From NCBI GenBank assembly GCA_002862405.1, contig PKCZ01000162.1, forward strand, positions 2,296 through 66,295: DNA of 64,000 nt, given 5' to 3'. Below, piece by piece: positions 23,871 through 33,310 of this stretch. The stretch's first letter is position 1; the number at the start of each line of letters is the position of its first letter. Origin of the DNA: Pseudomonadota bacterium (GTDB taxonomy: Bacteria > Pseudomonadota > Gammaproteobacteria > Pseudomonadales > Halieaceae). A program made the position numbers and the translations under genes. Under the pieces are notes generated by a model. It saw only the letters and a program-made list of their open reading frames with translations. It was not told the origin of the DNA and ran no database searches.

Positions 23871-24207
23871 TTCGCCGCGGATAAAAGGCCGAAAGCGACG
23901 GCCGTACGTTTAGACCGTCAGCCCCAGAAGCCAACCCTCCTGGGCTGGTCTATTAATAACCAAATCGCCCCATCCAACCGATTCTCAGCTCATCCTCCGG
24001 TCACGGACTCTGACGGATTGATTAGCGAGTTAACGGGGAGCTCTTTTTTGAAGATTTTTGACCACCAAGCATTTAGGATGCCGGCGCGAGCGCGCGGGGC
24101 TAGCAACCCAGCTATCGGCTAGTTGATGACTTTGGAAAATACGAGTTACACGCGACCAAAAGCCAGTTTCGTTCGTATGAGTAGACTTCGAGGACGAACA
24201 CGACACT

Positions 24208-25182
24208 ATGAAGAGCCCAGTAACCGATATCTGTGACCTCAACCGCGAACTGCCGCCAGATGCGCCCGATGCACCCCAGTGGCTTGTCGATGCGTTGCAG
24301 GTGCCTCGCGAAGAGGGCTGGGTAAACTCCGACGGCTGTGATGTTCACTTCTTCCGATGGGGTGATCCTGCGAATCCACCTCTACTCTTGATGCACGGTT
24401 TTCTCGCTCATGCGCGCTGCATGGCCTTCATCGCCCCGTTTCTAGCTGAGCAATACCACGTCATTGCCTACGATCTATCCGGCATGGGTGACTCAGGCGT
24501 TCGTTCGTCCTATCCCGACGCTGTTCGCGCGCAGGAAGTGGTCGACGTCGCTCGTGAAACCGGTCTATTTGATCACGCCATTAAGCCCATCGTGATTGCC
24601 CACAGCTACGGCGGGCATGTGGGCCTTGCCGCCATGAATGATTTTCACGAGCTTTTCGGTGGCCTCGTTGTTTGCGATCTCATGGTCTTGAGACCCGAGC
24701 GACTCAAAGCGCACTTCGCGGGTGGACGCCCCATGCGATCGGATACGAGTCGCCCGAACCGAATCTACCCAAGCTATGAAGAGGCAAAATCGCGTTTCGT
24801 GCTCTCGCCAAACCAACCTTGTGGCGAACCTTATCTATTCCATTACATGGCCTATCACTCACTCAAACAGGTTGACGATGGATGGACTTGGAAGTTCGAT
24901 ACCAGTGTTTTCGACAGTGATTTCTCATTGAAAGAGCGAATACTCAATCAAGTGGATGCGGTTGTCGCCGCACCTGGCAGAAAAGCCTATGTCTACGGGC
25001 AGCACAGCGCCTTATTTGATGACGACTCGGCCGATTACGTGCGTGAGCGAGGTGGCGACACCATTCCCTTCATTAGCATCCCTGGTGCACGTCACCACCT
25101 GATGCTCGATGAGCCCATCGCCTTTGTCAGCGTGCTTCGTTCGCTGGTTGCACAGTGGCACGCAGCCGATAAAACGGCCTGA
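24208..25182 (+). CDS. alpha/beta-fold hydrolase
   Basis: HGF oxyanion region (LLLMHGFLAH) and nucleophile elbow AHSYGG. Confidence 0.8.
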   Translation: MKSPVTDICDLNRELPPDAPDAPQWLVDALQVPREEGWVNSDGCDVHFFRWGDPANPPLLLMHGFLAHARCMAFIAPFLAEQYHVIAYDLSGMGDSGVRSSYPDAVRAQEVVDVARETGLFDHAIKPIVIAHSYGGHVGLAAMNDFHELFGGLVVCDLMVLRPERLKAHFAGGRPMRSDTSRPNRIYPSYEEAKSRFVLSPNQPCGEPYLFHYMAYHSLKQVDDGWTWKFDTSVFDSDFSLKERILNQVDAVVAAPGRKAYVYGQHSALFDDDSADYVRERGGDTIPFISIPGARHHLMLDEPIAFVSVLRSLVAQWHAADKTA

Positions 25183-25229
25183 GCTAGTGTCTAGCAAGTG
25201 CCCCTCTAGAGTGCAATAGTGGCTAAGTC

Positions 25230-26120
25230 ATGCAAGTGATAGGCGCCCCTGAAAAAAACGAGAGCGTTCTGGGCCCGGTTTTATTGGCGAGTGCAGGCGT
25301 ATTATTCTTCTGCATGCTCGATGCAGTCATGAAAGCTCAAGCACTAGCCATGGGCGCCTATAGCGCCACGTTTTGGCGGGCGGCTATGGGGGCCGTTTTT
25401 GCATCGGCACTCTACTTACCTAATCGACCGCAACTGGCAACAGGGAGAATACTGAGACTCCATATTACTCGCGGCGTACTTACTGCCTTCATGATGCTCT
25501 TCCTGTTTTGGAGCCTAACACAGCTACCCCTTGCGCAGGCTGTTGGTCTGAGCTTTGTCGCTCCAATCATCGCTCTCTACCTTGCGGCCCCCATGCTCGG
25601 TGAGCAAATTACACGCGGCGCAAAAATCGCCGCTGTCTTAGGTTTTGGTGGTGTTGTGGTCATCGCCGGCGAAGATATGTTTCAGATGCGTGATGACAGC
25701 AGTCTGCTGGGTATTGCGGCGGTCCTCGTCTTCGCCGTCATGTATGCACTCAATATTATTTTGCAGCGCAAGCAGGCCTTGGTAGCACGACCCACGGAAA
25801 TTGCCTGCTATCAGAACGTGATCATGACCTGCATTCTGGCGCTAGGCGCCCCGTTTGCCGTCACCCTACCCGCTGATGTCGTCCAGTGGACTGCCGCATC
25901 AGCCGCCGGCGTTCTTGCCGTCATTTCGCTCATATTGTTGTCCATCGCCTACAGCAAAGCCGAAGCGCAGGCTCTTGTCTCCGTGGAATACACGGCGTTT
26001 ATCTGGGCTGCATTGTTTGGCTGGCTATTTTTTGCCGAACCAGTCAGTGCGGGCACGCTCCTGGGCACAGCGCTTATAATCACTGGCTGTATCGTCAGTA
26101 CACGGAAAGCAAAAGCCTAG
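25230..26120 (+). CDS. DMT-superfamily (EamA-like) transporter
   Basis: About 10 TM helices arranged as two internally repeated halves, at a length typical of EamA proteins. Confidence 0.85.
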   Translation: MQVIGAPEKNESVLGPVLLASAGVLFFCMLDAVMKAQALAMGAYSATFWRAAMGAVFASALYLPNRPQLATGRILRLHITRGVLTAFMMLFLFWSLTQLPLAQAVGLSFVAPIIALYLAAPMLGEQITRGAKIAAVLGFGGVVVIAGEDMFQMRDDSSLLGIAAVLVFAVMYALNIILQRKQALVARPTEIACYQNVIMTCILALGAPFAVTLPADVVQWTAASAAGVLAVISLILLSIAYSKAEAQALVSVEYTAFIWAALFGWLFFAEPVSAGTLLGTALIITGCIVSTRKAKA

Positions 26121-26143
26121 TCATTTAGGGTTACACTCCCTTA

Positions 26144-26839
26144 ATGCCCGGACCTTCCTACGACAACCTGTATGAAGTCGCCTGCCTACGAAAAGGCGGG
26201 AGTGATGTTGTGGAGAGCCTACTGCCCACCATTGCAACCAAAGGGCATCTCAGTGGGCTGGGGTCCGACCGCTACCTCGCGGAGTTCACCCGGAAGGTAT
26301 TTCAGTCAGGCTTCGTCTGGCGCATCGTCAATAACAAGTGGCCGCAGTTCGAAGAGGTCTTCTGGGAGTTCGATATTGAGCGTCTGCTGATGATGCCCGA
26401 CGACATGCTCGAGCGTAAGGCCAGCGATCCCGGCATCATTCGCAACTTCAGCAAGGTCAAAACCGTGCTGGATAACGCGGTGATGATTGCTGACACTGAG
26501 CGGCGCGAGGACAAGACCTTTGGCGAGTTCATTGCCGGCTGGCCGGATGATGACATTATTGGCCTATGGCTATTTTTAAAGAAACACGGTAGCCGACTGG
26601 GCGGAAACACGGGTCCCTATGCCCTGAGAACCTTAGGTGTCGATACATTTTTGATGACCGCCGATGTGGAGTTCTTTCTGCGCGAAAACGACATTGTTGA
26701 TTCGGGCATTCACAGTTTGCGCGCCCTCAAAGCCACACAGGCTTATTTCAATGACCTCCGCGAACAAAGCGGTAGAAGCTTGTCGGAGCTCAGTCGACTC
26801 GTCTCCGTGGGAGTTCGAAGAAACCAACCCCCCCAGTAA
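26144..26839 (+). CDS. DNA-3-methyladenine glycosylase I (Tag)-family protein, divergent
   Basis: VFQSGFVWRIVNNKWPQFEEVFWEFD aligns by eye with E. coli Tag (QAGLSWITVLKKRENYRACFHQFD). The N-terminal Cys of the Tag zinc snap is not evident. Confidence 0.55.
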   Translation: MPGPSYDNLYEVACLRKGGSDVVESLLPTIATKGHLSGLGSDRYLAEFTRKVFQSGFVWRIVNNKWPQFEEVFWEFDIERLLMMPDDMLERKASDPGIIRNFSKVKTVLDNAVMIADTERREDKTFGEFIAGWPDDDIIGLWLFLKKHGSRLGGNTGPYALRTLGVDTFLMTADVEFFLRENDIVDSGIHSLRALKATQAYFNDLREQSGRSLSELSRLVSVGVRRNQPPQ

Positions 26840-27040
26840 AACCTGAACCACTCAATGCATAAAAGCATTGCCAGCCCGTTACTTAGTCTCAACTAAGCGC
26901 CGTTGCGTCAGTTCGTTTTCCCGTTAGGTCTGGGGCTTTTCTCGCTTGATTGCATTAAGATCTGAGTCGTGCCTAACTGGCAAGAGATAGGTTAATTAGC
27001 TGAATGACCCTCTACAAAAACATAAAATAACGAGGCTTCA

Positions 27041-27718
27041 ATGGAAGACCAAGTAACAGCTAGAGAGCTTTTATTACTTCTCGCTGTATCGACCATGGTC
27101 ATATGCATGGCCATTGGCGTCGTCACTTTCTATGTCCGAAAAAACATTATGTTGTGCGCCGAATGGCTGGTGATGTTTTGCTCGGGCTGCAATGTCATTG
27201 CCTGGTTCTTCACCGGTAACGACTGGCAATGGGGCTTGATTTGGTACCTAGACGCATTCTCACGCATCGCTGGTATGAATTTGCTGCTCTATGCCGGTTT
27301 CGCAACATTGACACATAATTTTCGACCAACTTTATGGTTCGATGGGATGACGCTCGCTTTCATTGCGATACTGACCTTGGGCTTTATGCAAAGCGACTTA
27401 TTGTCACCGGCACGACACTATGCTTTCTCGGCAGCGCACTTTATGTTCATGCCCCTGCTCATTTTCTTAATCTACGAAATGCGGCGCATAAACAAACCAG
27501 TGCTCTCATTATTAATGGCTGCTACAACAATTATGCTAACGGTGAGCGTGGTGCTGTTAGATTTTGCGGCTCCAGCTAAAAACGACACCAACCTGGTATT
27601 AAACAAGGACTTTATTTCGCTTATGAGTTGGGGTTTTGGCTATCTCATCATTTGCAAGGCTTATGTCGCCATGGACGATCATCGAAGTCGAGCAAGATCT
27701 GAAGTGGGGACTGCGTAG
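27041..27718 (+). CDS. hypothetical integral membrane protein (about 7 TM helices)
   Basis: 225 aa with seven hydrophobic segments and no recognisable family. It lies 70 nt upstream of the amine oxidase gene. Confidence 0.6.
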   Translation: MEDQVTARELLLLLAVSTMVICMAIGVVTFYVRKNIMLCAEWLVMFCSGCNVIAWFFTGNDWQWGLIWYLDAFSRIAGMNLLLYAGFATLTHNFRPTLWFDGMTLAFIAILTLGFMQSDLLSPARHYAFSAAHFMFMPLLIFLIYEMRRINKPVLSLLMAATTIMLTVSVVLLDFAAPAKNDTNLVLNKDFISLMSWGFGYLIICKAYVAMDDHRSRARSEVGTA

Positions 27719-27788
27719 GGCAGATAAAAAGGCAAAGATAAGACCGTAAACTGAAATACTAAAAACCAAAAAATACGGAGAAGGCATC

Positions 27789-29810
27789 ATGAGGATTTAT
27801 AGCGTTGTAGCAATCGTGAGCTTTGTGGTTTTCACAGGCTGCGGTCAAAGCTCACAGCAAGCGGGTAATAACGCGTCCGCGACAACGTCACCGTGGCACT
27901 CCTTAACCGAAACAGAAATTAACGAAGCAGCTGCCGCCGTGAACGATGCCTTTGGTGAGGGCATCTTGTTCAATCGCATCAGCCTCACCGAGCCTGACAA
28001 GAACAAGGCGCGTGCTTGGCAGGCGGGCGATACAGCAACCCGCGGTGCAGATATTGTCTACAGGCTAAACAAAGCCTCTTATATCGCTCGCTATGATTTT
28101 GATACCGCATCGCTCTCCGCTCCGAGCGAAATCACCAGCGGCCAGCCCATGCTAGTAGGCGAGGAGCTTTTCGGAGCGCTCGACGTGGTCAACCAACTGC
28201 CTGAAGTGGTAGCTGCACTGGAACGGCGCGGCATTACCGGCTCGGACGGTCTCTGCCTACCACGTACGGTCGGACGTTTCTTCGCTGATCTTGCAAACCC
28301 TGTCAACGACCGACTTGTCCGGTTCGACTGCTTCAACATTCGGGGTCAAAGTGGCTTAGGTCTTCTCCCTACGACGAGTGCTTGGGCGCGACCCGTAGAA
28401 GGTATCAGTTTCTTGTTCGACGTGGAGGAATTGAAGCTTATCGAATTCACAGAGTCATTTGCTGACGCTGATTCACCACCCAATGACTTTGAGGTCATCG
28501 AGTTTCACGAGAGCGCACTCGACACGCGGCCAGCACTGAAACCGATCACCATCGAGCAGCGCGAAGGACGCAATTTCGCCATCACGGGAAGTCAAATCAA
28601 CTGGCAGGACTGGCAGTTCCATCTTCGCTTTGACCCGCGCCAAGGTACGATTCTCAATAATGTTGGCGTTATCTCCGATGATGGATTCAGACCCGTTGCT
28701 TACGAAATCGCCATGTCTGAGATGTTTGTCCCATACCAAGACCCAGATACCCACTGGTTCTATCGCGCCTACTTCGATATGGGTGAATACGGCTTCGGCA
28801 ACATGGCAACCGAGCTCAAGGGCAACGACTGCCCACCCACCGCTGTGTATCAGGATGTGGTCTTGCACACCGCGAGCGGGGAAGCCTTCACCGCCGAAAA
28901 TCGCATCTGTATTTTTGAGTTCGACCCGGGCTACCCCAGCTGGCGCCACCACGAGTCTTTGTATGACGATGTACCCGGCATGGCGAAACACAACTCACGC
29001 AGAGCCACCAATCTCGTTGTGCGTATGGTCGCCGTGATCGGAAATTACGATTACTTCCAAGATTACGTTTTCCAGCAAGACGGACGGTTACGAATACGAC
29101 TGATTTCAACAGGCATTGACGCCACCAAGGGTGTTTTCTCGGCGTCGTTAGATGACCCGAGAGCCGCGTCAGAAACGCAGACAGGAACGCTGATTGCTCC
29201 CTATCGCGTCGGCGTCAATCACGACCACTTTTTTAGCTACCGCATAGATATGGATGTCGATGGTGTTGATAATAATTTTGTTCGTCAGCGACTGGTGGCC
29301 ACAGAACAGCCCGATGGCGCGCCTCGCCAGGGCATCTGGACCGTTCAACAAGAGCAAATACTGACAGAGCAACAGGCGCAAACCGTCATGAAAGTGGAAA
29401 AGCCCGCGCTCCTAACCTTTGCCAGCACCACCGCAAAAAACGCGATGGGCTACCCCACTTCTTACCAACTCATCTTCCCCAATACGCATCCATTGGTGAC
29501 GCTCGATGATGCGATTTATCAACGCGCGGGCTTTCTCAAGAACAACTTCTGGGTGACCCGCTACAAGCCTAATGAGATTTTCTCGACCGGGCTCGCCGTC
29601 AATCAATCGGATGTTGGTGTGGGACTGCCTCAGTATGCGGCAGACGACGAGGCCATTGAGAATACTGACCTTGTCGCATGGCCCATGATTGGCTTTCACC
29701 ACGTGCCCATGGCCGAGGACTGGCCCGTAATGCCCTCAAAGGTGGATGAGATCACGCTCAAGCCGCGTAACTTCTTTAACCGAAATCCAGCACTGGACGT
29801 TCCAGAGTAA
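27789..29810 (+). CDS. copper-containing primary-amine oxidase (TPQ cofactor), probable lipoprotein
   Basis: TPQ precursor motif VIGNYDYFQDY and the copper-site region GFHHVPMAEDWPVMP. The N-terminal signal ends in FTGC. Confidence 0.9.
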   Translation: MRIYSVVAIVSFVVFTGCGQSSQQAGNNASATTSPWHSLTETEINEAAAAVNDAFGEGILFNRISLTEPDKNKARAWQAGDTATRGADIVYRLNKASYIARYDFDTASLSAPSEITSGQPMLVGEELFGALDVVNQLPEVVAALERRGITGSDGLCLPRTVGRFFADLANPVNDRLVRFDCFNIRGQSGLGLLPTTSAWARPVEGISFLFDVEELKLIEFTESFADADSPPNDFEVIEFHESALDTRPALKPITIEQREGRNFAITGSQINWQDWQFHLRFDPRQGTILNNVGVISDDGFRPVAYEIAMSEMFVPYQDPDTHWFYRAYFDMGEYGFGNMATELKGNDCPPTAVYQDVVLHTASGEAFTAENRICIFEFDPGYPSWRHHESLYDDVPGMAKHNSRRATNLVVRMVAVIGNYDYFQDYVFQQDGRLRIRLISTGIDATKGVFSASLDDPRAASETQTGTLIAPYRVGVNHDHFFSYRIDMDVDGVDNNFVRQRLVATEQPDGAPRQGIWTVQQEQILTEQQAQTVMKVEKPALLTFASTTAKNAMGYPTSYQLIFPNTHPLVTLDDAIYQRAGFLKNNFWVTRYKPNEIFSTGLAVNQSDVGVGLPQYAADDEAIENTDLVAWPMIGFHHVPMAEDWPVMPSKVDEITLKPRNFFNRNPALDVPE

Positions 29811-29846
29811 ATTGCGTCTCATGAGGCTGTGCAGAGGAGTTGGATT

Positions 29847-30686
29847 ATGTCGGAAATAACGATCACAGAAATACACCGCTACCCGGTTAAATCCATGTTG
29901 GGTGAGACCCCCTCAGAAGTGACGGTTAGCGAACGCGGTATCCACGGTGACCGTGCCTGGGCAACACGCGATGAAATCCGTGGTGGCATTCGCGGCGCCA
30001 AGAAACTTCCGCAACTAATGCTATTTAGTGCGCGATCGATCGAAGGCAATACATCGGAAATTACCGCTCCTGATGGTTCGACCTGTCTTACAAGCTCAGA
30101 CGAGATGAATCATTGGCTGTCAGAGAAACTTGATCACAGCGTCACTCTGTGGCCGCTGCTACCACCCGATAACCTCGAGCACTATCGGCGAGGCGCCCCC
30201 GACTCAGAAGATTTCGAAAAGGAACTGCGAGAGATCTTCGGGCGCACCCCCGACGAACCGCTCCCCGATCTCAGCGCCTTTGCGGAAGTCATCGAATTCG
30301 AGTCGCCGCCGGGTACTTACTTTGATGCCTTCCCGATTATGCTGATGACGCAGCAATCGTTGGATACGATGTCACAAGCAGCTCCAAATTCGGCGTTCGA
30401 TGAAAAGCGATTTAGAGCCAACTTCATTGTTGATGTGGTTAGCTCGACCGACCGATTCCCAGAGCAAGCGTGGATCGGTAAAAAGCTGCATATTGGCGAG
30501 GTTGTTCTCAAAGTAATCGATACTTGCCCGCGCTGTTCGATGACCACACACGCCACCGATACTCTCCCCCGAGACACCAACATCATGAGACATCTAGTCA
30601 GCGAAGCTGAGGGTAATCTCGGTGTGTATGCGAAAGTCATCCGCAGCGGCACCATTACTCAAGGACAGACCGTTACGGTCGTGTAA
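29847..30686 (+). CDS. MOSC domain-containing protein (MOSC_N beta-barrel plus MOSC)
   Basis: The N-terminus ITEIHRYPVKSMLGE is typical of YcbX/MOSC_N, and a conserved Cys lies in IDTCPRCSMTT. ATG 29847 is preceded by GAGGAG. Confidence 0.8.
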   Translation: MSEITITEIHRYPVKSMLGETPSEVTVSERGIHGDRAWATRDEIRGGIRGAKKLPQLMLFSARSIEGNTSEITAPDGSTCLTSSDEMNHWLSEKLDHSVTLWPLLPPDNLEHYRRGAPDSEDFEKELREIFGRTPDEPLPDLSAFAEVIEFESPPGTYFDAFPIMLMTQQSLDTMSQAAPNSAFDEKRFRANFIVDVVSSTDRFPEQAWIGKKLHIGEVVLKVIDTCPRCSMTTHATDTLPRDTNIMRHLVSEAEGNLGVYAKVIRSGTITQGQTVTVV

Positions 30687-30731
30687 CGCTACGCAGAATT
30701 GGTTCGTCAAGCCTTGCTACCACCAATGTGC

Positions 30732-32096
30732 TCAGGACACAACAATCGTCTTGGCGTTGAAGCTATTCCATGGTCCCGTAATCGCGAGCGTTTTTGTAGG
30801 TGCTTGCACGTTGACGAATAATGTCTGCCCATCGGGGGAGAAACAAGCTCCCGCGAGCTCAGTCTGTAGTCGTAGACGCGCCAGCGGATAGGCGTGTCCG
30901 TCAGGCGCAATCCCTCTTAAGTGGTTATCAACTACCTCTGTGTACTGATCCTCACAGACAACAAGATGTCCGTTAGGAGCAACGACCACATTGTCGCCAT
31001 AATCAAATTGATGCTTGGAAACGCTCTCGAAAAAGAGCTCCACGCGATCACTATTCCCATCTGGACTTAATTTGACGCGGAAAATTTGACCAAGCTTGCG
31101 GGTACCGCCACTGGTCGAGCAGACATAAGCCTCGCCCTCACCCATGTGGATGCCTTCACCACGCGCCACCAAACTCGCGCCTTTCCAAGCTGCCTGGTAC
31201 CGCAGCTCGTCCTTAGGCGCCTCCACCGAATCCAAATCGATCCAGCTCACCTTCCCCGCAGCACCCACCGCCATCGATATATCCTTCCAGTTTCTCAGGT
31301 CGGGGATGCCCTCTACTTTCATCGCCTGCAGGCGACCTCCTCGCGAGAGCTCACCTGGGACTGCGGGAATAAAACGATAAAGGACGCTGTCATCGCGGTC
31401 TTCTGTAAGATAAACAAAACCGGTCGCCGGATCCACGCAGGCGGCTTCATGATTAAAACGACCCATCGCAACCAATGGCTTAGGATCAATCAAACCAGTG
31501 GCCGCCGCTGGCACCTCAAATACCCAGCCGTGATTCTTGTTTAACCCCTCGCCGTACTTCTGTCCAGGACCCGTTGCCGACTCTTCACAGGTCAACCAAC
31601 TCCCCCAGGGCGTGACGCCACCAGAGCAATTGCGGATGGTGCCACCAAGTGATCGAAACTGATCGATCACCTCGAGACTCTTACGATCTAGTATTATGTG
31701 AGTAGTGCCACCGGGAACCAAGACACCGTCTTTGGCGCCAAATCCCAATTTAAAGTCGCCACCGCTCGCATCGCGCGGAACCAACTCATGGTTTCGCACG
31801 AGCACCAAACGCCCATCGCCAAGATCAAAACATCCCATGCCATCGGCCTTGTCAGGTACGGTAGCACCGTCGGTCATGGCATCACCCAGACTCGATATCA
31901 CGCGATAAGAAAAGCCTAGAGGGAGATCGAGCACACCTTTAGGGTCTTGCACCAATTTCCCGTAGCCTATAGCACGTGAAAAAGAACGGTCTGCTCTGGC
32001 ATAAGCGCCGCTAGTGGAAAGAGCAGTGAAGGCGGCACCAGTTGCCGCCAAAAATGAACGTCTTCGCATGAAAGTGGCCCACGCCCTCCGATTCAA
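30732..32096 (-). CDS. PhoX-family (DUF839) phosphatase with Tat signal
   Basis: Twin-arginine motif RRRSFLAATGA. Conserved blocks NCSGGVTPWGSWLTCEE, GWVFEV and GRFNHEAACVDP are typical of PhoX/DUF839. Confidence 0.8.
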   Translation of the reverse strand: MNRRAWATFMRRRSFLAATGAAFTALSTSGAYARADRSFSRAIGYGKLVQDPKGVLDLPLGFSYRVISSLGDAMTDGATVPDKADGMGCFDLGDGRLVLVRNHELVPRDASGGDFKLGFGAKDGVLVPGGTTHIILDRKSLEVIDQFRSLGGTIRNCSGGVTPWGSWLTCEESATGPGQKYGEGLNKNHGWVFEVPAAATGLIDPKPLVAMGRFNHEAACVDPATGFVYLTEDRDDSVLYRFIPAVPGELSRGGRLQAMKVEGIPDLRNWKDISMAVGAAGKVSWIDLDSVEAPKDELRYQAAWKGASLVARGEGIHMGEGEAYVCSTSGGTRKLGQIFRVKLSPDGNSDRVELFFESVSKHQFDYGDNVVVAPNGHLVVCEDQYTEVVDNHLRGIAPDGHAYPLARLRLQTELAGACFSPDGQTLFVNVQAPTKTLAITGPWNSFNAKTIVVS

Positions 32097-32196
32097 TCAG
32101 CGCGCTAATGATAGCTAACCTAACGATGGGAGACGAGAATCATCACTTAGCTCGCAAACTGACGGGCTTGGTCGAAAAACGAATATCTTCCTCGTC

Positions 32197-32490
32197 TCAC
32201 CACCAAAAATCGGGCAATGGCACACGATCAAGCCACTTCTGATGCATGCTATCACCGTAGTAAAGACGACCACTGATGATATCGTCATCTTCACAAATAA
32301 CGACACCGTCAGAAATTGGAGCACCCTCATAACCGTCCAACACCTGAGCTCCTACCAGTGCGATAGGTCCTAAGGGATGCACTTGCGAGGCGGTCGTTTG
32401 AAACGAGACAAAAATGAGCCATGTAGAAAGGAGTGACGCCCAAAAATGAAGCGTTAGTGCAACGGGCCGTGATCGTCGTGTTAACGATTG
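32197..32490 (-). pseudogene. remnant of a secreted amidohydrolase (N-terminal ~95 codons only)
   Basis: The open frame has a signal-like stretch but no ATG. It continues as IALVGAQVLDGYEGAPISDGVVICEDDDIISG...LPDFWW and stops where the HxH metal motif of amidohydrolases would begin. Confidence 0.3.
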
Positions 32491-32648
32491 TTAAGCTATC
32501 ATACCCATCTCCGCTTTGACGTCAGAACCACAAAGTCAAACGACATTGATAGGGCTGTCATGACGTTCCACTCTGGTTAGCGTGACTCGGTTTACCGCCG
32601 TCCTTGGTTCAACTAAACTGAGTATTATAGACATTCAACAATAAAGCC

Positions 32649-33266
32649 ATGACAGACACTAAACCCAAACGAATCAGACTCAGTCCCGAGGCGCGGCAGG
32701 AGCACCTACTCGATTGCAGCGCGGAAATGATCGCAACGGACGGCATTGCCGGCTTCACAATGGAAGGGCTCGCAAAGCGAGCGAATGTGTCCGCACCCTT
32801 GGTCTATAACTACTTCCCGAATCGAATCGAGCTCCTTCAGACATTACTGAAACGCGAGTTCGCGCGGTTTAACAGGCGAACTGCAAACGACGCGGAGCAA
32901 GCAACGAGTTTCGAAGACATTGTTCGTGTCGCCGTCAGAAGTAATTTTGAGCACTACGCGCCTGGTACGGTTCTACCCATTCTCATCACTCAGCCGGAGA
33001 TAGCGAGCGTGGTCCAGAACAGGTTGGTGCAAAACTCGCGACAAGCCGCCAGCTTCCTTATTGAGAAAGTCTCCGAACACTACCGGCTTGACGAAGATAC
33101 GGCACGTCTCATTGTGCAGCTGTCTTCCGGTGCTGCCTGGTCAGCTGCTGAGCTAGCTGGCAAACGAGGCTTGAGCATGGATGAGACCGTTGAGCTGACA
33201 GTCAACTACATCATTGCAGGTATAGAAACCCTCGTGGCCGGAAAGAAAAACGAACGACAATTTTAG
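32649..33266 (+). CDS. TetR/AcrR-family transcriptional regulator
   Basis: N-terminal HTH (GFTMEGLAKRANVSAPLVYNYFPNR) and a length of about 200 aa. Confidence 0.85.
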   Translation: MTDTKPKRIRLSPEARQEHLLDCSAEMIATDGIAGFTMEGLAKRANVSAPLVYNYFPNRIELLQTLLKREFARFNRRTANDAEQATSFEDIVRVAVRSNFEHYAPGTVLPILITQPEIASVVQNRLVQNSRQAASFLIEKVSEHYRLDEDTARLIVQLSSGAAWSAAELAGKRGLSMDETVELTVNYIIAGIETLVAGKKNERQF

Positions 33267-33310
33267 TAACGCGCCACTGATATCAAAGCTTACCTAGAGA
33301 GGCTGAATTA

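Noticed and set aside
27041-27718. A possible microbial rhodopsin. It has seven TM helices, is about 225 aa long, has a Lys in the last helix (LIICKAYV) and a YLDAF...NLLL stretch in helix 3 that loosely resembles RYxDWxxTxPLLL.
   Set aside because: The helix-3 Arg and the counter-ion pattern are missing. Helix 6 has no WxxYP retinal-pocket motif, and the Lys context does not resemble DxxxK. It is more likely an unrelated 7-TM protein.
32197-32199. Possible selenocysteine read-through of the TGA that ends the amidohydrolase-like fragment.
   Set aside because: The downstream frame closes after 18 codons with TGA TGA. The sequence after the stop has no amidohydrolase character and no Cys/redox motif flanks the codon. 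It is a plain stop in a decayed gene.
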